Source: Macrostomum hystrix (lineage: Eukaryota; Animalia; Platyhelminthes). Taken from it: a stretch of DNA of 64,000 bases. The DNA is taken from positions 9,548,001 to 9,612,000 of the forward strand of contig CATNEN010000001.1 of the NCBI GenBank assembly GCA_950097015.1. Reading direction: 5' to 3'. Made by a program: the position numbers and the translations under genes. Of this stretch, positions 13,307 through 26,022 are shown piece by piece; positions within the stretch are counted from its first letter, which is position 1, and each line of letters opens with the position of its first letter. A model generated the notes under the pieces. The model ran no database searches and was not told the origin of the DNA. It saw nothing but the letters and a program-made list of their open reading frames with translations.

Positions 13307-14189
13307 TGTTGTGAGCTGCGTCTCACAATGACCTTGCCCCGACCCCTGCGTCCCTAACCCTTCCACCCCGGCCACCTGCTCAAACCAGTTCTGGCCGGCC
13401 CCGGCTTAGGCCACCCTCCTTTGTCATGTTTTTCGCTCGCCCATTGGCTGTCCCCTGTGCCGACCTCGCTAGTCCAATCAGGCCTCTCGCCAAGGAGGCT
13501 TCTGATTGGCTAGCCGGTCCCCTTCTCTCTCTCTCTCGGCTTGCAGCCGACCCCAGCCCAGCCCTGTTTGCTACCCCCAGCCCTGCGTGGCTTAGCCCTA
13601 CCCCGCCCAGCCCTATGCCCTCGCCCCACCCCACGCGGTTATTTATTTGCGCGCGCTGCCCGTGGCCAGCCCGCCCCCACCTGAACTCGTGCGAGAGCAT
13701 TGCTGAAGTTAATTTGAAAATCAGAAGCGATTGGACGTAGAAAGTAGAAGCCATAATACACAGCCGGAAGCACCATTTTGCATGAGTTCCACATTCAACC
13801 CCTCTCGGTAAGAAAAGTATTCACGCGTTATTTATTTATTTATTATCAAATCTTGTTCCTCTGCCCGACCTCTGCGGTTGCCAAGAGCTCACCATCATCC
13901 TTCTCATCCAGAGTCTTCCTCGAGTCTGAGAAGTGTCGGTACGCTTCCAGACCATCATCTACCTCTCTCTTGGGCTGTCGAGTGGCTGCCCGCTCGCAGT
14001 CAAAACCTTCAATCAGGGCTTAGCGAGTGTCGGTACGCTCCAAGTCCATCCCGTCTCTCCTCGGAGTGCCTGGACGCCTCGAGGGTCGCTGCTTCCCCTC
14101 CCTCTACTCCCGGCAAGCTTTGGGCGGTCCGTACCCGAACCCCCACTACCGCGTTGGCGAACTGCCGACAGAACGCGAAAACTACAACA
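13307..14189 (-). mobile_element. Solo LTR (883 bp), Gypsy-like, copy 1
   Basis: Termini TGTTGT...ACAACA (inverted); 4-bp TSD TAGA at 13303-13306 and 14190-14193; AATAAA repeats on the minus strand near 13830; no credible ORF. Confidence 0.85.
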
Positions 14190-14814
14190 TAGAATCGTAG
14201 TTGACACAGCTATAGAATCGTAGTTGACACAGCTATAGAATCGTAGTTGACACAGCTATAGAATCGTAGTTGACACAGCTATAGAATCGTAGTTGACACA
14301 GCTATAGAATCGTAGTTGACACAGCTATAGAATCGTAGTTGACACAGCTATAGAATCGCAGTTGACACAGCTATAGAATCGTAGTTGACACAGCTATAGA
14401 ATCGTAGTTGACACAGCTATAGAATCGTAGTTGACACAGCTATAGAATCGTAGTTGACACAGCTATAGAATCGTAGTTGACACAGCTATAGAATCGTAGT
14501 TGACACAGCTATAGAATCGTAGTTGACACAGCTATAGAATCGTAGTTGACACAGCTATAGAATCGTAGTTGACACAGCTATAGAATCGTAGTTGACACAG
14601 CTATAGAATCGTCACTGACACAGCTATAGAATCGTAGTTGACACAGCTATAGAATCGTAGTTGACACAGCTATAGAATCGTAGTTGACACAGCTATAGAA
14701 TCGTAGTTGACACAGCTATAGATACGTAGTTGACACAGCTATAGAATCGTAGTTGACACAGCTATAGAATCGTAGTTGACACAACTATAGATACGTAGTT
14801 GACACAGCTATAGA

Positions 14815-15697
14815 TGTTGTGAGCTGCGTCTCACAATGACCTTGCCCCGACCCCTGCGTCCCTAACCCTTCCACCCCGGCCACCTGCTCAAACCAGTTCT
14901 GGCCGGCCCCGGCTTAGGCCACCCTCCTTTGTCATGTTTTTCGCTCGCCCATTGGCTGTCCCCTGTGCCGACCTCGCTAGTCCAATCAGGCCTCTCGCCA
15001 AGGAGGCTTCTGATTGGCTAGCCGGTCCCCTTCTCTCTCTCTCTCGGCTTGCAGCCGACCCCAGCCCAGCCCTGTTTGCTACCCCCAGCCCTGCGTGGCT
15101 TAGCCCTACCCCGCCCAGCCCTATGCCCTCGCCCCACCCCACGCGGTTATTTATTTGCGCGCGCTGCCCGTGGCCAGCCCGCCCCCACCTGAACTCGTGC
15201 GAGAGCATTGCTGAAGTTAATTTGAAAATCAGAAGCGATTGGACGTAGAAAGTAGAAGCCATAATACACAGCCGGAAGCACCATTTTGCATGAGTTCCAC
15301 ATTCAACCCCTCTCGGTAAGAAAAGTATTCACGCGTTATTTATTTATTTATTATCAAATCTTGTTCCTCTGCCCGACCTCTGCGGTTGCCAAGAGCTCAC
15401 CATCATCCTTCTCATCCAGAGTCTTCCTCGAGTCTGAGAAGTGTCGGTACGCTTCCAGACCATCATCTACCTCTCTCTTGGGCTGTCGAGTGGCTGCCCG
15501 CTCGCAGTCAAAACCTTCAATCAGGGCTTAGCGAGTGTCGGTACGCTCCAAGTCCATCCCGTCTCTCCTCGGAGTGCCTGGACGCCTCGAGGGTCGCTGC
15601 TTCCCCTCCCTCTACTCCCGGCAAGCTTTGGGCGGTCCGTACCCGAACCCCCACTACCGCGTTGGCGAACTGCCGACAGAACGCGAAAACTACAACA
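14815..15697 (-). mobile_element. Solo LTR (883 bp), copy 2, apparently identical to copy 1
   Basis: Same termini and TAGA TSD, offset 1508 bp; ORF-track translations identical. Confidence 0.85.
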
Positions 15698-18600
15698 TAG
15701 AATCGTAGTTGACACAGCTATAGAATCGTAGTTGACACAGCTATAGAATCGTAGTTGACACAGCTATAGAATCGTAGTTGACACAGCTATAGAATCGTAG
15801 TTGACACAGCTATAGAATCGTAGTTGACACAGCTATAGAATCGTAGTTGACACAGCTATAGAATCGCAGTTGACACAGCTATAGAATCGTAGTTGACACA
15901 GCTATAGAATCGTAGTTGACACAGCTATAGAATCGTAGTTGACACAGCTATAGAATCGTAGTTGACACAGCTATAGAATCGTAGTTGACACAGCTATAGA
16001 ATCGTAGTTGACACAGCTATAGAATCGTAGTTGACACAGCTATAGAATCGTAGTTGACACAGCTATAGAATCGTAGTTGACACAGCTATAGAATCGTAGT
16101 TGACACAGCTATAGAATCGTAGTTGACACAGCTATAGAATCGTAGTTGACACAGCTATAGAATCGTAGTTGACACAGCTATAGAATCGCAGTTGACACAG
16201 CTATAGAATCGTAGTTGACACAGCTATAGAATCGTAGTTGACACAGCTATAGAATCGTAGTTGACACAGCTATAGAATCGTAGTTGACACAGCTATAGAA
16301 TCGTAGTTGACACAGCTATAGAATCGTAGTTGACACAGCTATAGAATCGTAGTTGACACAGCTATAGAATCGTAGTTGACACAGCTATAGAATCGTAGTT
16401 GACACAGCTATAGAATCGCAGTTGACACAGCTATAGAATCGCAGTTGACACAGCTATAGAATCGTAGTTGACACAGCTATAGAATCGTAGTTGACACAGC
16501 TATAGAATCGTAGTTGACACAGCTATAGAATCGTAGTTGACACAGCTATAGAATCGTAGTTGACACAGCTATAGAATCGTAGTTGATACAGCTATAGAAT
16601 CGTAGTTGACACAGCTATAGAATCGCTGCTGACACAGCTATAGAGTCGCAGCTGACGCAGCTATAGAATCGTCACTGACACAGCTATAGAATCGTAGTTG
16701 ACACAGCTATAGAATCGTAGTTGATACAGCTATAGAATCGTAGTTGACACAGCTATAGAATCGTAGTTGACACAGCTATAGAATCGTAGTTGACACAGCT
16801 ATAGAATCGTAGTTGACACAGCTATAGAATCGTAGTTGACACAGCTATAGAATCGTAGTTGATACAGCTATAGAATCGTAGTTGACACAGCTATAGAATC
16901 GCTGCTGACACAGCTATAGAGTCGCAGCTGACGCAGCTATAGAATCGTCACTGACACAGCTATAGAATCGTAGTTGACACAGCTATAGAATCGTAGTTGA
17001 TACAGCTATAGAATCGTAGTTGACACAGCTATAGAATCGTCACTGACACAGCTATATAATCGTAGTTGACACAGCTATAGAATCGTAGTTGACACAGCTA
17101 TAGATACGTAGTTGACACAGCTATAGAATCGTAGTTGACACAGCTATAGAATCGTAGTTGACACAGCTATAGAATCGTAGTTGACACAGCTATAGAATCG
17201 TAGTTGACACAGCTATAGAATCGTAGTTGACACAGCTATAGAATCGCTGCTGACACAGCTATAGAGTCGCAGCTGACGCAGCTATAGAATCGTCACTGAC
17301 ACAGCTATAGAATCGTCACTGACACAGCTATAGAGTCGCAGCTGACACAGCTATAGAATCGTCACTGACACAGCTATAGAATCGTCACTGACACAGCTAT
17401 AGAATCGCAGCTGACACAGCTATAGAGTCGCAGCTGACACAGCTATAGAATCGTCACTGACACAGCTATAGAATCGTAGTTGACACAGCTATAGAATCGT
17501 AGTTGACACAGCTATAGAATCGTAGTTGACACAGCTATAGAATCGTAGTTGACACAGCTATAGAATCGCTGCTGACACAGCTATAGAGTCGCAGCTGACG
17601 CAGCTATAGAATCGTCACTGACACAGCTATAGAATCGTCACTGACACAGCTATAGAGTCGCAGCTGACACAGCTATAGAATCGTCACTGACACAGCTATA
17701 GAATCGTCACTGACACAGCTATAGAATCGCAGCTGACACAGCTATAGAGTCGCAGCTGACACAGCTATAGAATCGTCACTGACACAGCTATAGAATCGTA
17801 GTTGACACAGCTATAGAATCGTAGTTGATACAGCTATAGATACGTAGTTGACACAGCTATAGAATCGTAGTTGACACAGCTATAGAATCGTAGTTGACAC
17901 AGCTATAGAATCGTCACTGACACAGCTATATAATCGTAGTTGACACAGCTATAGAATCGTAGTTGACACAGCTATAGATACGTAGTTGACACAGCTATAG
18001 AATCGTAGTTGACACAGCTATAGAATCGTAGTTGACACAGCTATAGAATCGTAGTTGACACAGCTATAGAATCGCTGCTGACACAGCTATAGAGTCGCAG
18101 CTGACGCAGCTATAGAATCGTCACTGACACAGCTATAGAATCGTCACTGACACAGCTATAGAGTCGCAGCTGACACAGCTATAGAATCGTCACTGACACA
18201 GCTATAGAATCGTCACTGACACAGCTATAGAATCGCAGCTGACACAGCTATAGAGTCGCAGCTGACACAGCTATAGAATCGTCACTGACACAGCTATAGA
18301 ATCGTAGCTGACACAGCTATAGAGTCGCAGCTGACACAGCTATAGAGTCGCAGCTGACACAGCTATGGAATCGTCACTGACACTGCTATAGAATCGTAGC
18401 TGACACAGCTATAGAATCGTCACTGACACTGCTATAGAATCGTCACTGACACAGCTATAGAATCGTCACTGACACAGCTATAGAATCGCAGCTGACACAG
18501 CTATAGAGTCGCAGCTGACACAGCTATAGAATCGTCACTGACACAGCTATAGAATCGTCACTGACACAGCTATAGAATCGCTGCTGACACAGCTATAGAG

Positions 18601-20224
18601 TCGCAGCTGACACAGCTATATAATCGCAGCTGACACAGCTATAGAATCGCAGCTGACACAGCTATAGAATCGCAGCTGACACAGTAGCTAGAACTTTTGG
18701 CCAAATGGTTCCTAAATTGAATCTCCGAATGCTAAGAGTGACCTCATTCATTCGGCCGGTATCATAAAATATTGCAGCAACAAGTGCAGTCTCTGTGAAT
18801 GAATGATGAGGTTACTTCCTTAGTAGCTGTTGGCTAATCTAGCCCTTTCAGCTAGCTCAAAGTAATAAGCCAGCGACCTCCTCAACTCGACAATTCAGAG
18901 AGGGAAAGTTTGAGAATATCTGGCACCAATATAAAGGAATTATTAATCCTTTGAGTCCCAAATTATGGGTTCATAATTCATATTTCATAAAATATCAGAG
19001 CATTGTCGAGATATTCAACGATTCCCGTTGGGGTGTCTGATGGCAAAAAACCCCAAACTAGGAATCTTTGTGTCACAAAATTTCACAATGAAACCATGTT
19101 GCTATTATTGTTGATTAATATTGTATTGATTATATCCGTAATTACTTTATTATTGAACCAATATGAGTTCGCCATGAAGACCATGTTGTCTTTCTACGAA
19201 TAAAAACACACTGCGAATGCCACGCAGGAATTTTAACACTTCCAACACAGTAAAAAAGCAGCTTGAACGGCATTCTAAGCTATTATATATTACACTTTGT
19301 GTCGGCATTTCACATTAGCAAACATTCTTCCCAAATACCTCCAGTAGCCGTTCTGAAGTGTCGCAAGCTAAGCTTTAAGTGGATCATTGGGGGGTCACCA
19401 AAGGCACACAGCAGGCCGCAGTGATCGTTTCGGCACAAGTTGAGAGGGGAGAAACGACACTGAAGGTTTCTTAGGTTCACGACCGTATAGGGACAGAAAA
19501 AACACGCGGCTGAGATAGATTTGGAGGATCTGGTGATCATGCCGGACTGGCGGTTCGCTTTCCCTTTCTCTCCCTCCCTGCCGGCCTCTCCAAGAACTTG
19601 AATGACACCAAGAGGCGCTGATTGAGTCAACCTCAGCAGGGGCGTGGCTTATTTTAAATATGAGCACGTCTGTTCAGATTTGTGTCGACTCACACAAACT
19701 GTACGCTATTGTCGTTGAATATTGGGCTATTGGCACCGGATGTAGCAGCTCTGCCCCCCTCCAATGGTCCAGTCGTTCATTCTATTATAGGTAGAGGTAA
19801 TTGTGGAACAGGGGTCGATGCACCTCACACCAAGGACCAGTCTTAGGTCGTGTGGACGGTGGGAATCTCTCATCCTTGCCCGTTGTGCACCTGATTCAGA
19901 ATGCAGATTTCGTGACAGGCATTCATTAGCAAGCTATAGCGAGGATAGTGTCATGCCAGGTGAAAAAATGTAGGGTCAAGTGCCTTATAGAGTAATATAA
20001 GGCATTAATTTCTTAATGCGCACCCGATATTTTTTCGGAGAGAACACCAGGAACAAAAAATGCCGCAGCGTTATCGAATTAGAAGGCCTACATTTTTCTT
20101 AATTCATATAGGTTTATTTCCTATGACACTTTACATCATACGCTCGTATTATGTTTGATAGCCGGTACGTCTTAGTTTGTACTGTAGACTGTACACTTTT
20201 TTGTCTGAAAGACTGCGCATCTTA

Positions 20225-20958
20225 TTCTGTCTGGTAATTATACACCTTACGTCCTTACTCTCTCGTAATTGTACACCTACCTCACTCTGTCTGGTAACTG
20301 TACACCTACCTCACTCTGTCTGGTAACTGTACACCTACCTCACTCTGTCTGGTAACTGTACACCTACCTCACTCTGTCTGGTAACTGTACACCTACCTCA
20401 CTCTGTCTGGTAACTGTACACCTACCTCACTCTGTCTGGTAACTGTACACCTACATCACTGTCTGGTAACTTTACACCTACATCACTCTGTCTGGTAACT
20501 GTACACCTACCTCACTCTGTCTGGTAACTTTACACCTCATTCCGTTTGGTAACTGTACACCTCATTCTGTTTGGTAACTGTACACCTCATTCTGTTTGGT
20601 AACTGTACAACTTATTCTGTCTGGTAGATTGTACACCTCATTCTGTCTGGTAGATTGTACACCTCATTCAGTCTGGTAGATTGTACACCTCATTCAGTCT
20701 GGTAGATTGTACACCTCATTCAGTCTGGTAGATTGTACACCTCATTCTGTCTGGTAGATTGTACACCTCATTCTGTCTGGTAGATTGTACACCTCATTCA
20801 GTCTGGTAGATTGTACACCTCATTCAGTCTGGTAGATTGTACACCTCATTCTGTCTGGTAGATTGTACACCTCATTCTGTCTGGTAGATTGTACACCTCA
20901 TTCTGTCTGGTAGATTGTACACCTCATTCTGTCTGGTAGATTGTACACCTCATTCAGT
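20225..20958. repeat. 29-bp (CTCACTCTGTCTGGTAACTGTACACCTAC) switching to 26-bp (CTCATTCTGTCTGGTAGATTGTACAC) minisatellite
   Basis: Tandem units visible. Confidence 0.92.
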
Positions 20959-21649
20959 CGAAAACACTATAATTACGCAGGCCTCAGTTGAAATAATTAC
21001 GTGCGCAAAGAGAAGCGGACCCACCACATCAACGCTCAGTCTATTGGATATTTTAGTGGTGCAACCAAGCAGGCGTCTTGTAAGCCTCATAAACATTCAT
21101 AAACACCCGGCAGTCTAAAAGCCAGTACTTCTTTGAATCGTTGGTTGTGAAGTCAGAAAATCACACCACTTCGGAGTGAGTTGGTTAAGTCCGACGAAGC
21201 AGATTTTAGAACCGAAAGTGCAGCACGGATACTACCTCCCAAAGAGAAAGATGGCTTAGCATTGATTGGCCGATGATCTGATAAGGCCGACAGAATTAAT
21301 TAAAGCATTAGTCATTCATTCCTTTTCCACAGCTTCTTCACCTGCTTGGCTGCCTATAAGGCATATATCGATTGTAAGGCCACTTGTCCATGCCATGATT
21401 AGCTTTGTTATTTATCCAGTTGTAGCATTGCACCTGTATATTCGATTCGATATGAACAGTGACTAAGTCACAATGCACCGCGCATCGATCTGATAATAAT
21501 ACGGATTAAAACAAAAGGAAACTTAACTCAACAGATAAACATACAGAAAGACGGAGACAAAATAAAGACAAAATAGAAAAAAATAGGAAGAGGATAGAAA
21601 AACAGACAGAAACAGAAAAAAGACAACCAGAAGGACGAAGAAACAGAAA

Positions 21650-22220
21650 GGGCGGAAAGAGGGACAGACAGGGACAGACAGAAAGACAGGCAGAGACAGA
21701 GAGAGACAGGCAGGGACAAAGAGAGAGACTGACAGACAGTGAGACAGGTAGAGAGACAGAGAGAGAGAGACAGGCAGAGACAGAGAGAGAGAGAGACAGG
21801 CAGAGACAGAGAGAGAGACAGGCAGGGGCAGACAGAGAGACAGGCAGAGACAGAGAGAGAGACAGGCAGGTACAGACAGAGAGACAGACAGAGAGACAGG
21901 CAGAGAGACAGACAGAGACAGAGAGACAGACAGGCAGGTACAGACAGAGAGACAGACAGAGAGACAGACAGAAAGACAGGTAGAGAGACAGGCAGAGAGA
22001 CAGGCAGAGAGACAGGCAGAGAGACAGGCAGAGAGACAGGCAGAGAGACAGACAGAGAGACAGGCAGAGAGACAGACAGAGAGACAGGCAGAGAGACAGG
22101 TAGGGAGACAGACAGAGAGACAGGCAGAGAGACAGACAGAGAGACAGAGGGACAGACAGAGTGACACGCAGGGACAGACAGAATGACAGACAGGGAGACA
22201 GGGGGACCGACAGAGAGGCA
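21650..22220. repeat. (AGAGAGACAGGC/AGAC)n microsatellite-like tract
   Basis: Visible. Confidence 0.9.
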
Positions 22221-22867
22221 CAAAGACTGATTAACTGAAGATACTGAAGGCGGGCGGACACAGTTCACGACAAGCATTGACAGCTCGAATTCCTAAAGCA
22301 AGTTCTCACTGGATCTGGCAAGATGCCAGAAAAAAAATCAAATAGTCAATAGTGCCCACCCTGCATTGGCCAGCTCGACCGTTTGATTAGATGTGGAAAT
22401 TAAAGACCTTAGACTGACGGAGGCTGACACAGGAGCGAGGCTGATGGGGAATGAAACATACAGAGAGACTGAGAGTCGGAGACAGACAAGACTCGAAGTT
22501 AGACGGACAAGTCTGTAGAATAAAAAGTATCCATGCTAAAATGAATTTGCATACTGAGAGACTGCGGCAGTGAGGCGGGGAGAGAATCAAGTGATCAACT
22601 TGCAACGCATGCCGCACACACGCATTCTGTCTCTTGACTTCGCTCTAAACTCGATTAACTGGCTCCTTAAAAAGAAGAAGAAATAAAGGATAAGTTTGAG
22701 ATTTCTTTCGGAATAGAAATGAGATAAGAACCACGATATTAATAGTCGGTAATCTCATCCCAGCTGCAATGTCCTTTAAAATCTCATTCGAAGCACTATA
22801 AAAACATTCATGTTCAAAAGCTAATGAAAATTATCCGACGTCCTTCAAAATGCGATTGTAGAAATTA

Positions 22868-23245
22868 AAATCTCCTTCAAAATCTCACCCATTAGATTGT
22901 ACAATCTCCTTTAAAATCTCACCCATCAAACCGTACAATCTCGTTCAAAATCTCACCCATCAGACCGTACAATCTCCTTCAAAATCCCACCCATCAAACC
23001 GTACAATCTCCTTCAAAATCTCACCCATCAGACCGTACAATCTCCTTCAAAATCTCACCCATCAAACCGTACAATCTCCTTCAAAATCTCACCCATTAGA
23101 CCGTACAATCTCCTTCAAAATCTCACCCATTAGACCGTACAATCTACTTCAAAATCTCACCCATTAGACCGTACAATCTACTTCAAAATCTCACCCATTA
23201 GACCGTACAATCTCCTTCAAAATCTCACCTATTAGACCGTACAAA
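22868..23245. repeat. 34-bp minisatellite (AAAATCTCACCCATCAGACCGTACAATCTCCTTC)n
   Basis: About 11 units. Confidence 0.92.
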
Positions 23246-23704
23246 TGTCCTAAAAGTCTCACCTAGACTGTTTAACTCATTTAAAACATGTTGCTTTGGG
23301 ATGCTAAAAAAAGTGCAGAGCCCGGAAGGAAGGAAGGAGGAAGGAGTGCAGAGCCCGGGCCAATAGGCCCAAACCTTATCCCATTCCGGCACATCAAACA
23401 GACTTTCAATAGCCCGGCAAAATCAATACAACACACTGCTGTTCCAGAGTAAGGAGGAAACTAAAATTTAACTTCATTACCTTGCTTAAATATATTGTTT
23501 TATTTATAAGCAAGCTGTTAATACTACGAGATATTAAATAGTATTAACAGTAGTAATTAGCTACAAAAAACTATAAAATACGATACGGTATACCACTGCA
23601 GCTGATACTATTAACTCGATGTAGAACTCTTTGTGAGTGATGAAAAATCTAATCAATCGATTACTAACTACTTCGCTCTCTTAACCAATAACACGCTTTC
23701 ACCT

Positions 23705-24385
23705 AGTCTACCTCTATCTCACTGTCTACCTCACTTAACACTGTCTACCTCACTACTTCACTTCTTCACTACCTCACTACCTCCCTTTTTCACTGTCTAC
23801 CTCACTACCTCCCTTTTTCACTCTCTACCTCACTACCTCCCTTTTTCACTGTCTACCTCCTACCTCCCTTTTTCACTGTCTACCTCCTACCTCCCTTTTT
23901 CACTGTCTACCTCCTACCTCCCTTTTTCACTGTCTACCTCACTACCTCACTTTTTCACTGTCTACCTCACTACCTCACTTTTTCACTGTCTACCTCACTA
24001 CTTCATTTGTTCACTGTCTACCTCACTACTTCATTTGTTCACTGTCTACCTCACTACTTCATTTGTTCACTGTCTACCTCACTACTTCATTTGTTCACTG
24101 TCTACCTCACTACTTCATTTGTTCACTGTCTACCTCACTACTTCACTTCTTCACTGTCTACCTCACTACTTCATTTGTTCACTGTCTAACTCACTACTTC
24201 ACTTCTTCACTACCTCACTACCTCCCTTTTTCACTGTCTACCTCACTACTTCATTTTTTCACTGTCTACCTCACTACCTCCCCTTTTCACTGTCTACCTC
24301 ACTACTTCATTTTTTCACTGTCTACCTCACTACTTCATTTGTTCACTGTCTACCTCACTACTTCACTTTTTCACATTGTCTACCC
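23705..24385. repeat. ~28-bp minisatellite (CACTGTCTACCTCACTACTTCATTTGTT)n
   Basis: Tandem units visible. Confidence 0.9.
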
Positions 24386-24764
24386 CAGACAGCATTTAAT
24401 TACTCTGGACTTTATATAATCGGTCTCAAAAAGAACAACACTGGCTCAGCAAAAATCATTAAAGTTAAACAATAGCGTCTGAACATAAAATGAAATCATT
24501 AATAATGCAAGCAGGCCAAGCTGAAGGCAGTCTTTTTCTAGTATGGATCAGCTGTTGGATGAACTGGCCAACTTTCAAGTGAGACTTTGAAAAAAAGGTT
24601 TTTTAATCGAGAAAGAAGACGGAAAGAAGGAGTTGAGAATGTAGTCAAGCACACACATGGTGAGAAGAAAATCTATGTCTCACAATGATGAAGCCTAGTT
24701 TGAGACTGATGATGAAAACTGACTACTGGGAAGGGCGAAGGTTTGGGAAGAATTGAATCGTAAA

Positions 24765-25390
24765 TGGGATGAGAATGGGAAATGGGAAGAGAATGGGAAA
24801 TGGGAAGAGAATGGGAAATAGGAAGAGAATGGGAAATTGTAAAATAATAGGAACTGGGAAGAGAACGGGAAATGGGAAGAGAATGGGGAATGGGAAGAGA
24901 ATGGGAAGCGGAAAATGGGAATGGGAAATAGGAAGAGAATGGGAAATGGGAAGAGAATGGGAAATAGGAAGAGAATGGGAAATTGTAAAATAATAGGAAC
25001 TGGGAAGAGAACGGGAAATGGGAAGAGAATGGGGAATGGGAAGAGAATGGGAAATGGGAAGAGAATGGGGAATGGGAAGAGAATGGGAAGCGGAAAATGG
25101 GAATGGGAAATGGGAAGATAATGGGGAATGGGAAGAGAATGGGAAGCGGAAAATGGGAATGGGAAATGGGAAGAGAATGGGGAATGGGAATAGAATGGGA
25201 AATAGGAAGAGAATGGGAAATTGTAAAATAATAGGAACTGGGAAGAGAATGGGAAATTCTAAAATAATAGGAAATGGGAAGAGAATGGGAAATGGGAAGA
25301 GAATGGGAAATGGGAAGAGAATGGGAAATAGGAAGAGAATGGGAAATGGGAAGAGAATGGGAAATTGGAAATGGGAATGGAGAGAATGGG
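24765..25390. repeat. 18-bp (GGGAAGAGAATGGGAAAT)n purine-rich minisatellite
   Basis: Tandem units visible. Confidence 0.9.
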
Positions 25391-26022
25391 AGACAGGAAG
25401 ATAAATCAAATACATTACTAAGAAATCACCAGAATAAAGAAATAAGAGCAGCATATATCTCACTATGCAGATACTGTTATCTTATCACTGAAGTCACTGA
25501 AGATCTGCATTATAATTTGTGAAAATTTAACACAAAATGCCAGACAAAAATGCAGAGCTACATATTTATTCAAACAACAAGTTGGCATGATTAATGTTAC
25601 TGAAGTGACACAGTCGTATCTCTCTACTTATCAGTAGTACATTTAGACATTGTTAACCAAGTAAGCAAATCGCTGCTGTTAAAGAGATGAAATGCAAGTT
25701 GAAAAATAGCATGATCAACTTTGAGCCAAAATTGATTTCCTGGTTTTTGTACATTTTTTTAGTTTTGGGGATTAGAAATTTCGGAAATTTTGGGGATTAG
25801 AAATTTCAGGGTGTTAGGCAGAATTAAAAATCGAATAAACGATTTTGCTTTAATTAACGCAATCTTAATTTAAACGATTTAAAAGATCGATAAAGTTTTA
25901 TATTTTGGGTTTTGAAACGGAATTTTCCGATAAACTATATATTTCGCAATTTTCTGGAACAGAAGTTTGAACTTGCATGAATATGCATGAAATGTCTTAA
26001 TAAAATGTTCAGTTAAGCCTCA

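Larger units (their letters stand above)
10840..18685. repeat. Large 23-bp satellite (GACACAGCTATAGAATCGTAGTT)n, interrupted twice by a solo LTR
   Basis: Hundreds of near-identical units; variant-rich at both ends. Confidence 0.97.

Noticed and set aside
13307-15697. Intact LTR retrotransposon/TRIM with two LTRs, and its small ORFs
   Set aside because: The interior is pure satellite with no PBS/PPT, and each LTR has its own TSD. The ORFs have no recognisable motifs.
10840-18685. CRISPR-like appearance of regular repeats
   Set aside because: Units are head-to-tail with no unique spacers, there are no cas genes, and the context is eukaryotic.
19300-19935. Possible inserted element bounded by GGCATT..CATTAGCAA direct repeats
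   Set aside because: Repeats are imperfect, with no clear termini or coding motifs; cannot be supported.
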